From assembly GCA_950097015.1 (NCBI GenBank), contig CATNEN010000037.1, positions 3,038,001 through 3,102,000 of the forward strand: DNA of 64,000 nt, read 5' to 3'. A program made the position numbers and the translations under genes. Below are positions 35,819 to 49,600 of this stretch, piece after piece. Under the pieces are notes generated by a model. That model was given only the letters and a program-made list of their open reading frames with translations, made no database searches and was not told the origin of the DNA. Each line of letters starts with the position of its first letter. Positions within the stretch are counted from its first letter, which is position 1. The DNA is from Macrostomum hystrix (Eukaryota; Animalia; Platyhelminthes).

Positions 35819-37208
35819 ATGGCTGAGAGCCAAGTCCGCACAGAGCCAAAGTGTCCCAGCCTACTTGCAGTCCTCCTATTAATACTTGTCTCTGCAACAC
35901 CTTGCTCAACGGCAGCGTCATGCATCGAATGCCCGGCTGGGACAGTGTGGAACCACAGCGATCCAGGCTGCGCGCAATGCTCGCTAGGCCGTTGCACAGA
36001 TGCCAGTCTGTGCGCCCAGTGCCCGCCAGGCTCCAGCCAGGCCAAGCCAGGCCAAGCAGCCTGTTCGCCCTGCCCTGTGGGAATGCACCAGGCGGAGTCT
36101 GGCCAAGCCGGCTGCTCTCCCTGCCCGGCTGCCGAGGAGGCGCTGGCCAAGGGCGCCGTCAATTGTACAGTGTGCCGGCCAGGCTATAATAAAACTGAAC
36201 CTGGCGTCCAGCTGTGCGCTCCGTGCCCTGCCGGAACCTTCACTGGGGACCCGGCTAGCTTATACTGTCAGGTGACTGAGCCGCTTGGACTTGGAGACCT
36301 AAAAGATATTCCTTATAACGATATTCCCACCGATTCCCCATTCTCTATCAGCTTAGATCCCCACTGATTATTCTCCAGCAACACATATCCCCACCGATTC
36401 CTATTCCCCATCAACACAGATCCCTACCGATCCCCTATTCCCCAGCAACACAGATCCCTACCGATCCCCTATTCCCCAGCAACACAGATCCCGATCGATG
36501 CCCTATTCCCCATCAACACATTCCCTATTCCCAGGACTATCTTAAAATTCGCAGGATTGCCCAGTCGGGCACTTCACCGGCTCAGCCGGGCAGCCGGCCT
36601 GCCAGTCCTGTCCTGCGGGCACCTTCGCTAACTGGACGGGCGCCAGCGCCTGCGTTGTCTGTTCGGCTGGCCGTGAGCAAAAGCAGCCGGGCAGCCGGGA
36701 CTGCCAGGCCTGCAGGCGCGGCTTCTTCAAGGCCTACCCGGCCATAGACGACTGCTCGCTTTGCCCTCCCGGCTTCTACAACCGGGCCGAGGCCTCCTTG
36801 GGCTGCTCGGCCTGTCCGGCTGGCTTCTACTGCCCGCGGCCCTGGGTGGACCCGGAGTCCTGCCCCGCCCTCTCCGTCTGTCCCGCGGGCAGCTACGAGC
36901 CGATTCAGTGCCGCGGTCCCTTCCTAGCCGCCGACAAGCCTAACAACGCTTGCCAGCCAACCGCCAGCCTGTACATCGTTCTGTCCGCCTCAGCTGTCGT
37001 CTCCGTGATTGTCGGCCTCGCCGTTGCTGGCTACTCACGCGCTTGGCGACGCCGACGACGCCAACGCCTGATGAACAATATCTCCGGTGCTGCTGCTGGC
37101 GAAAATAGCGACGGCGCTGACTTTGCTGATTCCATGATGGCGTCGCAGAGCGAACGTGTGCCGCTGATGAAAGGTGTCGATGGGGGGCCAGTCTACTCGG
37201 GGCTGTGA
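35819..37208 (+). CDS. Type I membrane protein with tandem TNFR/ephrin-receptor-like (GCC2/3) cysteine-rich repeats, about 368 aa
   Basis: Exons 35819-36271 and 36555-37208 (phase 0). Signal-peptide-like LLAVLLLILVSA, repeated CxxCPxG motifs, TM segment YIVLSASAVVSVIVGLAVAGY followed by RRRRR, tail ending VYSGL. Confidence 0.85.
36365..36530. repeat. Short imperfect tandem (about 34 bp, attccccagcaacacagatccc...) in the intron
   Basis: Four to five imperfect copies. Confidence 0.75.
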
Positions 37209-37399
37209 TCGAATTCCAGATTCGAACAGTCGACAGTACCGCTCCGCCTGACTCGATCTGATCAGGGTAGGTGGCCCCTCATTCTCTGGCCGTTGATACA
37301 TAGCTTTGTGTCGCGTGAAAATTCCAATGCCATGCATAAGAATATTTGTGCGGTCCTTCGGTTAGCTGGGTTAGATTTTAAAGTCAGCATTTTATTAGA

Positions 37400-37830
37400 G
37401 GGAGAGAGGGAATGAGGTGGTGGGTAAGTGGATGTATAGTGTGAAAGAGGAAATGAGGCGTTGGGTGAAAGGGTGAAGAGTGCGAGAGAGGAAATGAGGT
37501 TGTGGGTGTAGCGGTCTATCGGTGTGAAAGACCAGGAATGAGGTGGTGGGTAAAGGGGTAATAGGGTGTGAGAGGAAATGAGGTGGTCGGTAAATGGGTG
37601 TATAGTGTGAGAGGAAATGAGGTGGTGGGTTAATGGGTGTATAGTGTGAGAGGAAATGAGGTGGTGGGTAAATGGATGTATGATGTGAGAGAGGGAATGA
37701 GGTGGTGGGTAAAGGGGTAATAGGGTGTGAGAGGAAATGAGGTGGTGGGTAAATGGGTGTATAGTGTGAGAGGAAATGAGGTGGTGGGTAAATTGATGTA
37801 TGATGTGAGAGAGGGAATGAGGTGTAGGCG
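37400..37830. repeat. Imperfect about 39-bp tandem (gaggaaatgaggtggtgggtaaatggatgtatagtgtga)
   Basis: Imperfect periodicity. Confidence 0.85.
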
Positions 37831-39048
37831 CAGGGGTGAAGGGAATAATGTTTAGTTTTATGAAAGAGTGAATAAACATTTATTGTTTTCTTTGTTTCAA
37901 AATTTCAGGACGGCTGAAGTGAGCATCGGAATCTCTCCTGACATCAGCAATTGTGGAAGGGAAGCAATCGATTTAGCTTGCGTCAAGTGGCCTAACCAAT
38001 CATCAGGCGCTTTACCATTATTTTTCAATACGGATGCCCATGTGCAGTGACCCAAAGGGCTTTCCATCTATAATAGTTACCTTCACTATTCTCGCACTCA
38101 TTCCACTGTCAATCCTCTTTCCCTCTTTCTCATCTGTCAAAGTTCTCATCGCATTTTCCCTATTTTGCCTTGCGACAATCAAATTTGATCTTTCAATTGG
38201 TCACAGCCAATTTGAAATTTGGTTATGGAGATCTTTTGTGGTATTTGGTTCATTTATTGTGCTTTGTACACGAATTTCATTTTTTTATTAAAAAGTATAA
38301 TAAAAGTGTTAAATTTGACAAAAACTTCGAAAAATGTCGCTTTTCTTCTCAATGAACTTTGACCCGAAACGAATTTTGACAATGATAAGGCTTTTGGCAT
38401 GGAACATTTTTATCTTAAGTCTGCACCCCATGGTCCTAGTGCTCGGTCACAAGCAGTGATAAGTAGTTCCATTAGTTACATGCTACAGCTAAGCTAGAAC
38501 CCTACGCACAGTCACGTATCATAACCCGCCTGCTAAACTTATGTCTCATCATTATTCTAGAGTTCTTAGCATTCAAACGAAAAAAATTCTTCTTTAATGT
38601 TTGAGTCTATGCTCAGCATGATAACTGCAAAGCGCATTGATTCTTATAAATCTGCCAATTTTTTAGAACACTGAATCAGATACCTGTAGTGATTCTCAGA
38701 AATTCTGATCTGATTGCTTCCAGGAATACTAATTAATCCAATTTTTTCTTCACCTCTTTTCAAGCCTAATTTTGCAAGGTTTCTTTGCCCTCAGGCGATT
38801 AAGCCAGGGATTACAAGGATGCACTAATGAGAACCTAAATTTGACATTCTGCCCTTTGATGGCGCTAGCTTTGATTAGCTCTGTCAACCGAATATAGCAG
38901 AATTCGTCAATCAGTTAAGTTGACTGTCGATTCCTGCACGTGAAGGGATTCATTTAGACGTAGTCTAAGATTAATTTGCCAATACAATTCAAGAGAAAAT
39001 TGTAGAATTCTACCGGTAACAAAGCATGAGTTTTTATCAAAGTTAGCA

Positions 39049-39207
39049 GGGGGGACTGGCAGAGCGTTTAACGCGTTCGCCTCTCGCAACATAGGTACCC
39101 GAGCTCGATTCCGTGTTGAGGCAACGTTCAGACAGAGTGTACACTGCCTGACGATGAGAAAGTCAGGTCGGATGTTCAGCCCTCCTGCGAATAATAAAAT
39201 TATTATT
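39049..39207 (+). mobile_element. Internally deleted SINE family A copy
   Basis: Head tggcagagcgtttaacgcg..gagctcgattcc, hairpin cctgacgatgagaaagtcagg, tail gccctcctgc(att)n; 13-bp TSD with one mismatch (39036-39048 / 39208-39220). Confidence 0.85.
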
Positions 39208-39367
39208 ATCCAAGTTAGCATTAGGGAGTAAAACATTGAAGGTCGACGACCAATGTTACTGGGTTAAAGAGGCTCGGAGTTATAGACTTCTGTCGAGTAA
39301 ATATCCGAATTAGTCGATAAACACTAAGACTCATTGTCACTTGACCAGAAGATCTAGCAACTCAAAG

Positions 39368-42300
39368 CTAGTTGTGAGCAGTCACCGTTCCCGGAGCAGT
39401 TGTCGACCCCCACAGACGCAGCTCAGCTCGAATCAGGTCCTCCAGGCGGATTCTAGTCTGACTTGGTGACTCAGCCGAGCTTGACGGTGCCCTCGCCAGA
39501 GCCAGCAGTCGGTAGAGAGCCGTGCGACGTTGCAGCTTGAGGCGTTCCAGCCTCTCCAGCGACATCAGCACCCGGTCGATGCCGTTGAGCGCGCCGCTGA
39601 CTCGTACCTCGAGTCGGTCGACCCGTCGCGTCAGAAAAGCCAAATCGTCACGCGAGACTCCGCCAATGGATCGGCGAGATCGTCCAGGGGGCGGCGGCGA
39701 AGCTCCTTCTTCGTCGTATTCGCCATCATATTCGTCTTCCGATTCTTCTTCATGCGGCGCAAGAGTCTTCGATACCGTCCCGCCTGCTTCGGCCGCGATC
39801 TCCTGGTCCAGTTTGGACTGCGGAAGTGAGTCGATTTGTCTGCCTTATCTTGTGACAGGATAGATAGATAGAAACTACAACAAAACTGCTCAACCTGTGT
39901 CACAGCCGCACCTATTGCTTGGTGTGTCCAAAAGCTGCGTACATCCGCATTTCAACCAAAGTTATTGTTTGGTATCCTATTTAATGTAATATTTATGTCT
40001 TGAAAAGGGGTAAGAATTTTCATGTATTTGGCTGAGATAAGAACTCCCGACCTCACAGTCAAAAAGTTCAAAGCTTTAGCCACTGGCCACAGCTCCATTA
40101 TCAAAGTAGTTTAATAATAACATCATCTAGGATCATTCTCGTTGCCACCACTACTGTTTTAACGAGTAAAAATCACAGTTAATCTCTTGGCAGTGTCGCC
40201 GCCTCCTCACCCTCTCTCCCTCCAAGTCGCACCGCATCTGCATTCGCTCAGCGACGCTGAGCGCCTGATCTCCGTCGGCGTCGTATTTGGCAAAGAGAGC
40301 CTCAATCTCCGCGTCTGCGAAGCCGTGCCTGCGGAGTACGCGATAGGAGGCGTCTTCACATTAACACGCTGACTGATAGACGAGGCTGGTGGCTCAGGGG
40401 GGGTAGTTTTGCTAGTCTCATATACTAATATCCTGTGGTGGGAACAGTATCGCTAAAACTTTATTCCGTTTTGGACAAACTTAAAAAATAAATTTTGCAT
40501 GCAACGTATTTTTGGTGATCAACTGGTAAACTACAAAGTAAGTAAGAATTTATTACCAAGCTTCGATTTACTAACATGTGAGAAGCACTTTAATAACGAA
40601 GGTAGTAGAAAGAAAACGTAGGGTTTTTCAAATACACACATTTTTCTGTATCTGTATCTCCCACAATATTCAACCATAAAAATCCAGATCATAGGCTAAA
40701 ATTTTACGCTATATCACCTATATCTAAGACGTAGTTTTTCTGTTCACAAAATTTCATTTTGTACCATTTCGGCTATAGTATTGATTATTATGCTAATTAT
40801 TCTATAATTTAACCAATATGAATTCGCCATGAGTTTTTTACAGAGCGATGTTAGTTGTCCTTGTCACCCGGGTCTTCGACGAGAATCGCTGAATATTTTG
40901 ACGATGCTGACGTCGGATGTCTAAGAAAGTTAGTTCATCGCTAATGGTAGCAAAATGTATCCATATGATGGACTTTGACGAAAATCTGCCGAATTGTTTT
41001 CAGAGCTATCGTGAAGTATAGGTATGGGTAATTGAAATTCCCCAGATGTTCTTTCACATAGGGCAAAAATTGCGTGTTGTTTCTACTGTTAATGAAAATA
41101 TTGCTACAAATTTTTTAACGATTAAGCGTAAAATTTATTTCGACAAAATCGTAAAATATTTTCGAAATAGCAGTTATCAGTAAATTAACCAAATAAAAAA
41201 GCGATTTCCTCTAGTCCACATACTGCTTAAACTCATCATTAACTTACGGCCTTAGCTGCTTGCGCCAGCCCTCAAAACTCAATGTTGCCTCGTCACCGCA
41301 ATGTAGAACGGCCCGCTGAATGTCCAGCACCTTCTGGCGCCTCGCTGACAGCTTGTTCAACAGCTTGTCGGCTCTCTGAAAATTTTCATCAGAGGAAACT
41401 TTCTTTCTTTGAAAATTTAGAGAGGGTCCATTGTAGGAAGCTTTACTTTTCCCATAGAATTGTTGTATATTATCCCTTCACTTTGGCCACAAAAATGCGT
41501 CTGAAGTTCACTAAACTACGCTAGACCAGATACTCTGCAGGTCTGACCCCAGGTTAATTTCATTTAATTTTTGCCACTAAGGCCATTTCCGCGCATCTAC
41601 CCACCCTGCGTAGAAATCTGGCTACATCGATGCCAGTACGCCCGCCGCCGTATTCATTTTCAGCTTTCACTTCTCCGAATTTCTCATTAATGATGGCCAG
41701 AAACATGTTTAATAAGATGAAGAACACAAAGAACACGTAGAGCAGAAAGTACACCGGCCCTATCACTCTGTTAGCCTGTTGCATCTTGTCGAAGTTCACG
41801 TCGCCCAGAATGATGCGAAACAGTGTGAACACGGACTGTTGAAAGTCTTGAAAGTCGTCGACCTGGGTGCCAAACACCAGATTGCCCAGCAGAGCAAAGG
41901 CGAAGAAGATAATGAAGAAGATGATGCAGAAGGCCAGTAGGTCCTTGGCGCACGAGCCTAGGGTGGCGTTCAGCATGGTCAACGTACGACTGAAGCGGAC
42001 ATACTTGAACAGCTTGATCCAAGCCAGGAATACGGCGATGGCGATGGCGTGGTTGAAGCAGGTCTGCCAGTAAGACAGCGAGACGAAGTTGGGACATTCC
42101 AGCGCGTCAGAAAGTAACTGTTGGAGCTTCTCGGATATCGCCACAATGCGATAAATATTGAAGCCGGCGCAAACATAGCAGACGATTAACAGTGCCAAAT
42201 CCAGCCAGTTGCTCAGCACCTTCAGGTAGGCCAGTCTCTGACGCCTGATCTCCATGACCTCCTGCACAGTGTAATAGCAGCACAAAGCGAGCAGGCAGCA

Positions 42301-45107
42301 CTCGCATGCCGCTATGAAATAGTCAAACGGTTCGGCGTAGCGGAGCAGCTTCAGGGACCGGAACTCCCACGATGTGACCACGCCACCTAGGGAAACCAGG
42401 AGGTTACAGAACAGTGCGGCAGACTCTACTCAACACTGACTCTCCTCCTCACTGACTCTATTCCTCACTGACTCTATTCCACACTGACTCTATTCCACAC
42501 TGACTCTACTCAACACTGACTCTCCTCCTCACTGACTCTATTCCACACTGACTCTATTCCACACTGACTCTACTCAACACTGACTCTACTCCTCACTGAC
42601 TCTATTCCACACTGACTCTATTCCACACTGACTCTACTCAACACTGGTTCTGCTCCACACTGACTATATTCCACACTGATTCTATTCCACACTGACTCTA
42701 CCTATGCGAGTAAATAGCATTACCTGTTGCTGGTATCTCGGCGATCAATCGCGCAACACAGAACAGATTCACATTGGGATTGTAGACGGTGAAGTCGATA
42801 AACACCGCCCTGGTGCCTCGGTCTAGCCAGAGTCCGTGGTACAGACTGCTCAAGATCTGCTCAGAGGCAGACCGATTTGGCTGCAGCAGCACTCGATAGC
42901 CTCCACCATCGTAGGTGCCCACCGAGCCGGAATAGCTCGTGCTGCCTATGCGGTTCCAACGAAAATTTCGCTTATACGCTCGCATTTCTACTAAAAGTAG
43001 GCTGATCCAACATTTCTATGCCCTTTCCAGCTCACCATCGAGACTGTCTGAGCTCTGATAAGTCCACGCCCTGCCGCTGCCGAAGGCGTTCTTGTCCTCG
43101 GCCCAAGATGAGTAGGGCCCGTAGCACCAGCCGATGACGTCGCGAAACGGTTGAGCAACTCTGCAGCTGCGGTTGCTGACTCGAACCTGGCGAATCTGAG
43201 CTACGCCAAGCAGGACACTTTCGTAGTAGATTGTGGGCTTCGGCTCCCATGCGCTGGAGTTCACTGATGCTGAACTGCTGCTGTTGCTGATGCCAAACAC
43301 ACCATCCAGCAGTGTACTGTTGGCGAACTGATGGTGACAAACCTGCTAGCTTGATTATGATCATTACATCTGCAGCCAGCGAGGAGGCAATTCTGCCCAT
43401 TTCGCTGACTCCTGAGCACACACGCTCACACAAGTGTGTACATCTACCCTGACTTTCTCATCGTCAGGCTGTGAACACTCTCACTGTGCCTTTAAGGTTG
43501 GCCTTCAAGGGCGTAAATTGCACGACAAGCCACCAAGCCTTCTCTCCGCGGCTGCGCCCCAAATGAATGTGGCCTCGCCGCGGAATCGAGCTCAGGGACC
43601 TTGGCGCGAGAGGAAAACTCGCTATACCGCTCTGCCACTCACCCTCCCTCGACGGGAGATAGAAAATTTGTACTTTTTTTCATACAAACTAGTGATCTTT
43701 TTTTCTTGGAAGCAGATCCAAAGCTCTTCTTTTGATACAACGCATACCTAGCATGTCTCTCATTTCTCCCACCTCCAATAAGAAACAGTTTCTGAATTTG
43801 TGCAGAATAAAGTGAAGATTTCCTATATTCGTAGTGTATTTATCGGCAAAAACGAGGTTCCTAAACTTTTCGAAGAAACGTTATTTCCTGACCTTCTATT
43901 CCTAGTGTTCATTGGCACACAGTTACACAGGAATTGTGCACATATTCCCTGGGTAAGAAATTCTTAAAAGTCTATCACTGCTCCTTAACATCGAATTTAA
44001 GGGTAGAATCGTCAAAAAACTCACAGTCCACCAGTCCTTGATGGAGTTCATACTAGCAAAGGTTGTAGTGTCATTGCCGATTGGTACGTTTAAAAATATG
44101 CCACTGATTGTCTGCGTATAATTGTACATGCTGATGCTGCGCGTGCCGAAGGCCACTAAAAATTAGGTGGTGTTGCAAAAAAATCGCCCACTTCTCTCCC
44201 TGATCCTCTCCTTCTCTCCCTGACCCTCTCCTTCTCTCCCTGACCCTCTCCTTCTCTCCTTACCCTCTCCTCCACTCCGCTGACCCTCTCCTTCTCTCCC
44301 TGACACTCTCCGTCTCTCCCTGACCCTCTCCGTCTCTCCTCCTTCTCTCCCTGACCCTCTCCTTCTCTCCCTGACCCTCTCCTTTTCTCCCTGACCCTCT
44401 CTTTCTCTCCCTGACCCTCTGCGTTTCTCCCTGACCCTCTCCTTTTCTCCCTGACCCTCTCCTTTTCTCCCTGACCCTCTGCGTTTCTCCCTGACCCTCT
44501 CCTTTTCTCCCTGACCCTCTCCTTTTCTCCCTGACCCTCTCCTTTTCTCCCTGACCCTCTCCTTCTCTCCCTGACCCTCTGCGTTTCTCCCTGACCCTCT
44601 GCGTTTCTCCCTGACCCTCTCCTTTTCTCCCTGACCCTCTCCTTTTCTCCCTGACCCTCTCCTTTTCTCCCTGACCCTCTCCTTCTCTCCCTGACCCTCT
44701 CCTCCTCTCCCCTGACCCTCTCTTCCTCTCCCTGAACCTCTCCTCCTCTCCCCTGACCCTTTACTAGTCCTCCCTGACCTGAATTCTCTATCTGCCCTCT
44801 CCTGTCCTGTCCTGTCCGACCTTCGAATTTATCATCGGCAAATTATCTCACCGACAGTCAGCAACGCCAAGAAGCAGCAGTAGATGGCCAGCTCTCTCAG
44901 CGTAGCCTTCACGCTGCTGTCTTCATCCAGATTGGCTGCAGAATTTTCCAATTCTTTGTCGGTCTTAGCAACCGCCTGGCAGCACCATCCAACGCAGCGT
45001 TTATCGCCGTCCTCTTTCGGCACCGCATCAGCCGGGGCTTCCACACTTTGCACCGCTTGAGCTGTCACTTCAGCGTTTCTTATCGCGCACTGACTCTCTG
45101 AACTCAT
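39368..45107 (-). CDS. PKD2: Polycystin-2 (TRPP) channel, about 797 aa
   Basis: Exons 45107-44852, 44155-44025, 43342-43036, 42945-42724, 42386-41605, 41375-41248, 40328-40211, 39817-39368, all phases consistent. Motifs LGVAQIRQVRV, LWLDRGTRAVFIDFTVYNPNVNLFC, pore LGDVNF, FFILLNMFLAIIN, EF-hand EIEALFAKYDADGDQ, coiled coil LTRRVDRLE. Confidence 0.95.
39900..40097 (-). mobile_element. Degenerate SINE family B copy in last PKD2 intron
   Basis: cacagccgcacctattgc..gctgcgtaca matches 34025-34068; decayed tRNA-like head at about 40040-40097. Confidence 0.65.
42430..42700. repeat. Intronic 16/19-bp tandem (ctgactctattccaca)
   Basis: Direct periodicity. Confidence 0.92.
43371..43650 (-). mobile_element. 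SINE family A copy lacking its 3' tail, in PKD2 intron 2
   Basis: Shared head and body with the other copies. Confidence 0.87.
44190..44760. repeat. Intronic 20-bp tandem (ctctccctgaccctctcctt)
   Basis: Fills PKD2 intron 1. Confidence 0.95.
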
Positions 45108-45219
45108 GATGCCAACCTTTAGTTGCCTTTATTGCTTGGCCTATCTTTTTAAAGACAGATTCGGAATTGAAGAATATACCAGACTGTTGATTTGCGACTT
45201 TGTCCTTGACTGATGCCAT

Positions 45220-45700
45220 GTCACTCTGACTCTCCCACTGTCACTCTGACTCTCATAATCTCACTCCGACTCTCACACTGTCACTCCGACTGTCACACTG
45301 TCCTTCTGACTCTCACACGGTCACTCTGACTCTCACACTGTCACTCTGACTCTCACACTGTCACTCTGACTCTCACACTGTCACACTGACACTCACACTG
45401 TCACTCTGACTCTCACACTGTCACTCTGACTCTCACACTGTCACTCTGACTCTCACACTGTCACTCTGACTCTCACACTGTCACTCTGACTCTCACACTG
45501 TCACTCTGACTCTCACACTGTCACTCTGACTCTCACACTGTCACTCTGACTCTCACACTGTCACTCTGACTCTCACACTGTCACTCTGACTCTCACACTG
45601 TCACTCCGACTCTCACACTGTCACTCCGACTCTCATACTGTCACCCTGACTCTCACACTGTCACTATGACTCTTACAATGTCACTCTATTGTCACACTTT
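45220..45700. repeat. 20-bp tandem (gtcactctgactctcacact) upstream of PKD2
   Basis: Direct periodicity. Confidence 0.95.
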
Positions 45701-46660
45701 TCCTATGACTGTCACACGATCACAACCTCTATTAGAACTACGAGTCTGCAAATATTTCTCACTCAAAAATCTTTAAAATCTTAACCGTCTAAAAGTTTGT
45801 GTTGGCTTTTTAGTTTCTCACCTTGAACTTTGCTGGTTTTCGTTAAAATTTATATTTTACTTGCTTTTTTGTCGATCTATTTTCTCACTATCCATGAATT
45901 CATACTGCTATTTATTTAGAAATTTTCCATAGCAACTAGGACTGAGTGATTCAACTGAGAAAGCTGTACTCAAGTAGCCTCATAACGCTTAAAAACCTCA
46001 CTGAATCGCGACATATAGAAACCATCATACAGATTAACTCGATTAGCCAAATGAGATAGGCAATTATTTTTGCTTTTGTAACCTTTTCGATTCTACAATG
46101 ACCAGGCAAATGTATGCTCTGTTGTCCTAGTTTCCATGGCAACCAGATAATTGAATCAAAGCTAATAATTGTCAGCACGGGATTTAAGAATGAAAGCACC
46201 ATTGAGCACACAGAAAAGAGTGGACCATTGTTATTCAAATAGAAGCATAACAGCAATGGAATTGTCCTGCAACGGACACTTTTTAAGCCGCACACTTTAT
46301 TCTTTAAGCTCACTATCTGATAGCAATGAAAATCGCATTATATTTCAGTCAGTTTTAAAGCAAAAAAACGGTACCTAAATATGCTACTGACATATAAAAT
46401 AATAAGTAGTATATAAGTAAAGTGGAAAGAAGCATATATAATATTAGAAAACTTAAGTTTAACAAAAAATTGAAAAATTCTGAAAACAAATATGCATCGA
46501 TTTCCAAAGCCATCTAAAGAGAGTTCAGATAATTTCCCGATAAATATTTTTCCTTTAGTGTCTTCAAACGATAAATCATTTTTTATAAAAGGCCACTACG
46601 ACGAAAGGTTTCAGGGTAATTCTTTCATATGTAGTAATTTTAACGCGAATATATTTTTTG

Positions 46661-49600
46661 TCATTGCGAACTGCCTTCGCCGATAAGTTTCAGCAGGCCA
46701 TCAAGATAGACGCCCCCAGCGAAGCCGCGAAGGCAGCTTGCCAACTCGTCACCGTGGGCGGCACTGAAGGCCGTCTTGATCTGGACCATGTCCACTTCGC
46801 AGCGGCCGATGATGACGCGAAGGACAACGCGGTCATCGCGGTCTGAAAAAAGCAGTTAAAAAGTTTCAAAAAAAAATATCCTTAACTTGCTATGTGTCCA
46901 AATTAAAAATGTATTGCTCCATTTCCGAACCTTTCCCTTCCTGAAGGTTTCCCTTGCTGAAGGTTTCCCTTCCTGAAGGTTTCCCTTCCAGAAGGTTTCC
47001 TATCCTGAAGGTTTCCCTTCCTGAAGGTTTCCCTTCCTGAAGGTTTCCAATCCTGAAGGTTTCCAATCCTGAAGGTTTCCAATCCTGAAGGTTTCCCTTC
47101 CTGAAGGTTTCCTATCCTGAAGGTTTCCCTTCCTGAAGGTTTCCCTTCCTGAAGGTTTCCCATTCCTGAAGGTTTCCTATCCTGAAGGTTTCCCTTCCTG
47201 AAGGTTTCCCTTCCTGAAGGTTTTCCATTCTGAAGGTTCCCCATCCTGAAGGTTTCCAATCCTGAAGGTTTCCAATCCTGAAGGTTTCCCATCCTGAAGT
47301 TTTCCTATCCTAACTGCCCTAGCCATCACAGCTCACAGGTGCCGTGAACCGCCTTGTTGAGCAGGCTCGCAAAGTAGGCCGGCCGATTGCAGAGACACCT
47401 GAGCAGTGTGAGCAGTCGTTTTCTACTCGCCCCAGCCGGCACCCGGAGCTTCACCAGCGCCTCCAGATTGGCCACCCCGCTGCCGCCTCCTTGGCTGTCG
47501 TCGCCGCACAGCAACCGCTGGCACTCGGCTAACGCAGCCCGCAGGTGGGCATTGCTCCGCTCCGCTAGAAGCTCCGTCAGGCGCCCACCAGCTGGCCAGC
47601 CGACCGGGCCTTCGTCAGCCAGTGCGCGGCCGTCGCGTCGCGCCTGTTCGCTGTCGTAGACGGCGCCCTCAGGACGGCTGCGGCCCGCGAGACCGTTTAA
47701 CAGCGAGCGGAACGGGCCACCAATGCCTTCCAGGGCGTCTTCGGTGAAGCTGCGACCGTACACTGCGATAGAAGTTTGAAAATTTGGAATTTAGCAGCTG
47801 TTAACAAACTCGGATATTGGATTAAACACAATGATAAAAAAATGGTATCAAGCAGTTTTCACGAAACAACTTCGGGCCATTCGCAACATGACTTGGTGCT
47901 CGTAGTCAATGGGAAAGCGCCTAACATTTCTCAAGGTCGTTCTATAACATGCAAACAACTGATGAACGTGGTGAAAATTGACCTTGAATCTAATTGGCTG
48001 TGAGGTCGGTCACGTGATTTGTTTGAGGGTGACGAATAAAACGGTCACTATACGCTTAAGACCGAGATGATGCAGACACTGTGGTCGACCAGCTGATGAA
48101 ATTTTAACGCTCGACAAAGGCAAAGCTGTACTAAGCTGCATTGCTGATAGTCCAGTAAGGGTGTACAGTAAATCTTTCTTGGCCAATCAAATGCAAGTTT
48201 CTCTCACTCTGCTGATAGGCCATCTTCGCAGCTTCAATTTTCGACTGAGTCCTTGAGCACAGCAGCTCAATCAAGCTGGTCTCGTCAGCCTGCGGCGAAT
48301 CCAAAGCCAGCCTGAGCTGGCAGGCGTCAAACTCGGCTGGCCCTAGGCAGAGCAGGCCGCACAGTCGGTCAAAATCGGAGCCGACTTCAGAGGCGCCGGG
48401 CGGCGAGAATTTCGCTGACAATCGCTGGCCATCCGGGTCGATTGTGGCGAAGGCGGCAGAGATGGCCGCTCTCTGCCAGGATGAGCGGCTGGTCAGTAGG
48501 TCCACCACAGTCTGCTCGTCTGGAGGCGACTCTGGGAAATGGATTTGAAGTGACATTAGAGTTCAGAGAGGAGAGGAGAGGAGAGGAGAGGAGAGGAGAG
48601 GAGAGGAGAGGAGAGGAGAGGAGAGGAGAGGAGAGGAGAGGAGAGGAGAGGAGAGGAGAGGAGAGGAGAGGAGAGGAGAGGAGAGGAGAGGAGAGGAGAG
48701 GAGAGGAGAGGAGAGGAGAGGAGAGGAGAGGAGAGGAGAGGAGAGGAGAGGAGAGGAGAGGAGAGGAGAGGAGAGGAGAGGAGAGGAGAGGAGAGAGTTG
48801 AGAAGACGAAAGGAGAGTAAGAATGAGAAAATGGAAATCTCACCAATGAGGGCTCGTTGAATGACCGCGGCGTCATCGGCAGACTTAAAGTCCACAGCCG
48901 GTGCCAGTGTGCCCATCTGTTCCCGTTTGGCTTCTTCAACCATGCCGAGGAGCTGCTCGGTGCGTTCCCACATTGTGGTAGGCGGCTGGTTCGAATCTTC
49001 CATCATTGCGCGCACAGACGACATTATATCCAGCGAGTCCTGCGGAGCAACGGACGGGTGGATTGTATTAGGCGAGAACTACAGGTGGTCTAACTCTAGA
49101 GCCCGAAGCAATTAGAAGGAACTGGGTGTGTAGGAAGAACTATAGGATGGGTAGAGAGCGAGCTGGCTGCAGATAAGAGAGGCCTAGCTGGGTAGGGAGT
49201 GAGGTGGCTGCTGATAAGACAGGCCAAGCTGGGTTGGGAGTGAGGTGGCTGCTGATAAGAGAGGCCTAGCTGGGTAGGGAGTGAGGTGGCTGCTGATAAG
49301 AGAGGCCTGGATGGGTAGGAAGTGAGGTGACTGTATAAAAGAGAGGCCTGGATGGGCATTGGATGGATTGAGTTAGTAAGAGAGGCCTGGATGGGCAGGG
49401 GAGTGGGATCACTGTTTAACATACTTTAGATAGTGTAGCGAATTATTCAGTAAAATCCCATATTTTACGAGCCAATATGGTATACGAGCTAGCAACGTAC
49501 AGGCCCAGCGAGTGACATAAATCGGCCCCTGGAGGCAGTCATAAAGCTGTCATCCTCTGGCACAGCCGACTCCTCTGTCTTTACCGCGATGCGCACAACT

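Noticed and set aside
39143-39170. Possible hammerhead ribozyme core (CTGACGA...GAAA) in SINE family A
   Set aside because: Only 3 nt separate CTGACGA and GAAA, so stem II cannot form; the segment is a simple cctgac/gtcagg hairpin
45181-45219. Upstream ATG (MASVKDKVANQQS) as PKD2 exon 1
   Set aside because: An in-frame stop lies between the next acceptor and the ATG at 45107, so it cannot extend the PKD2 frame
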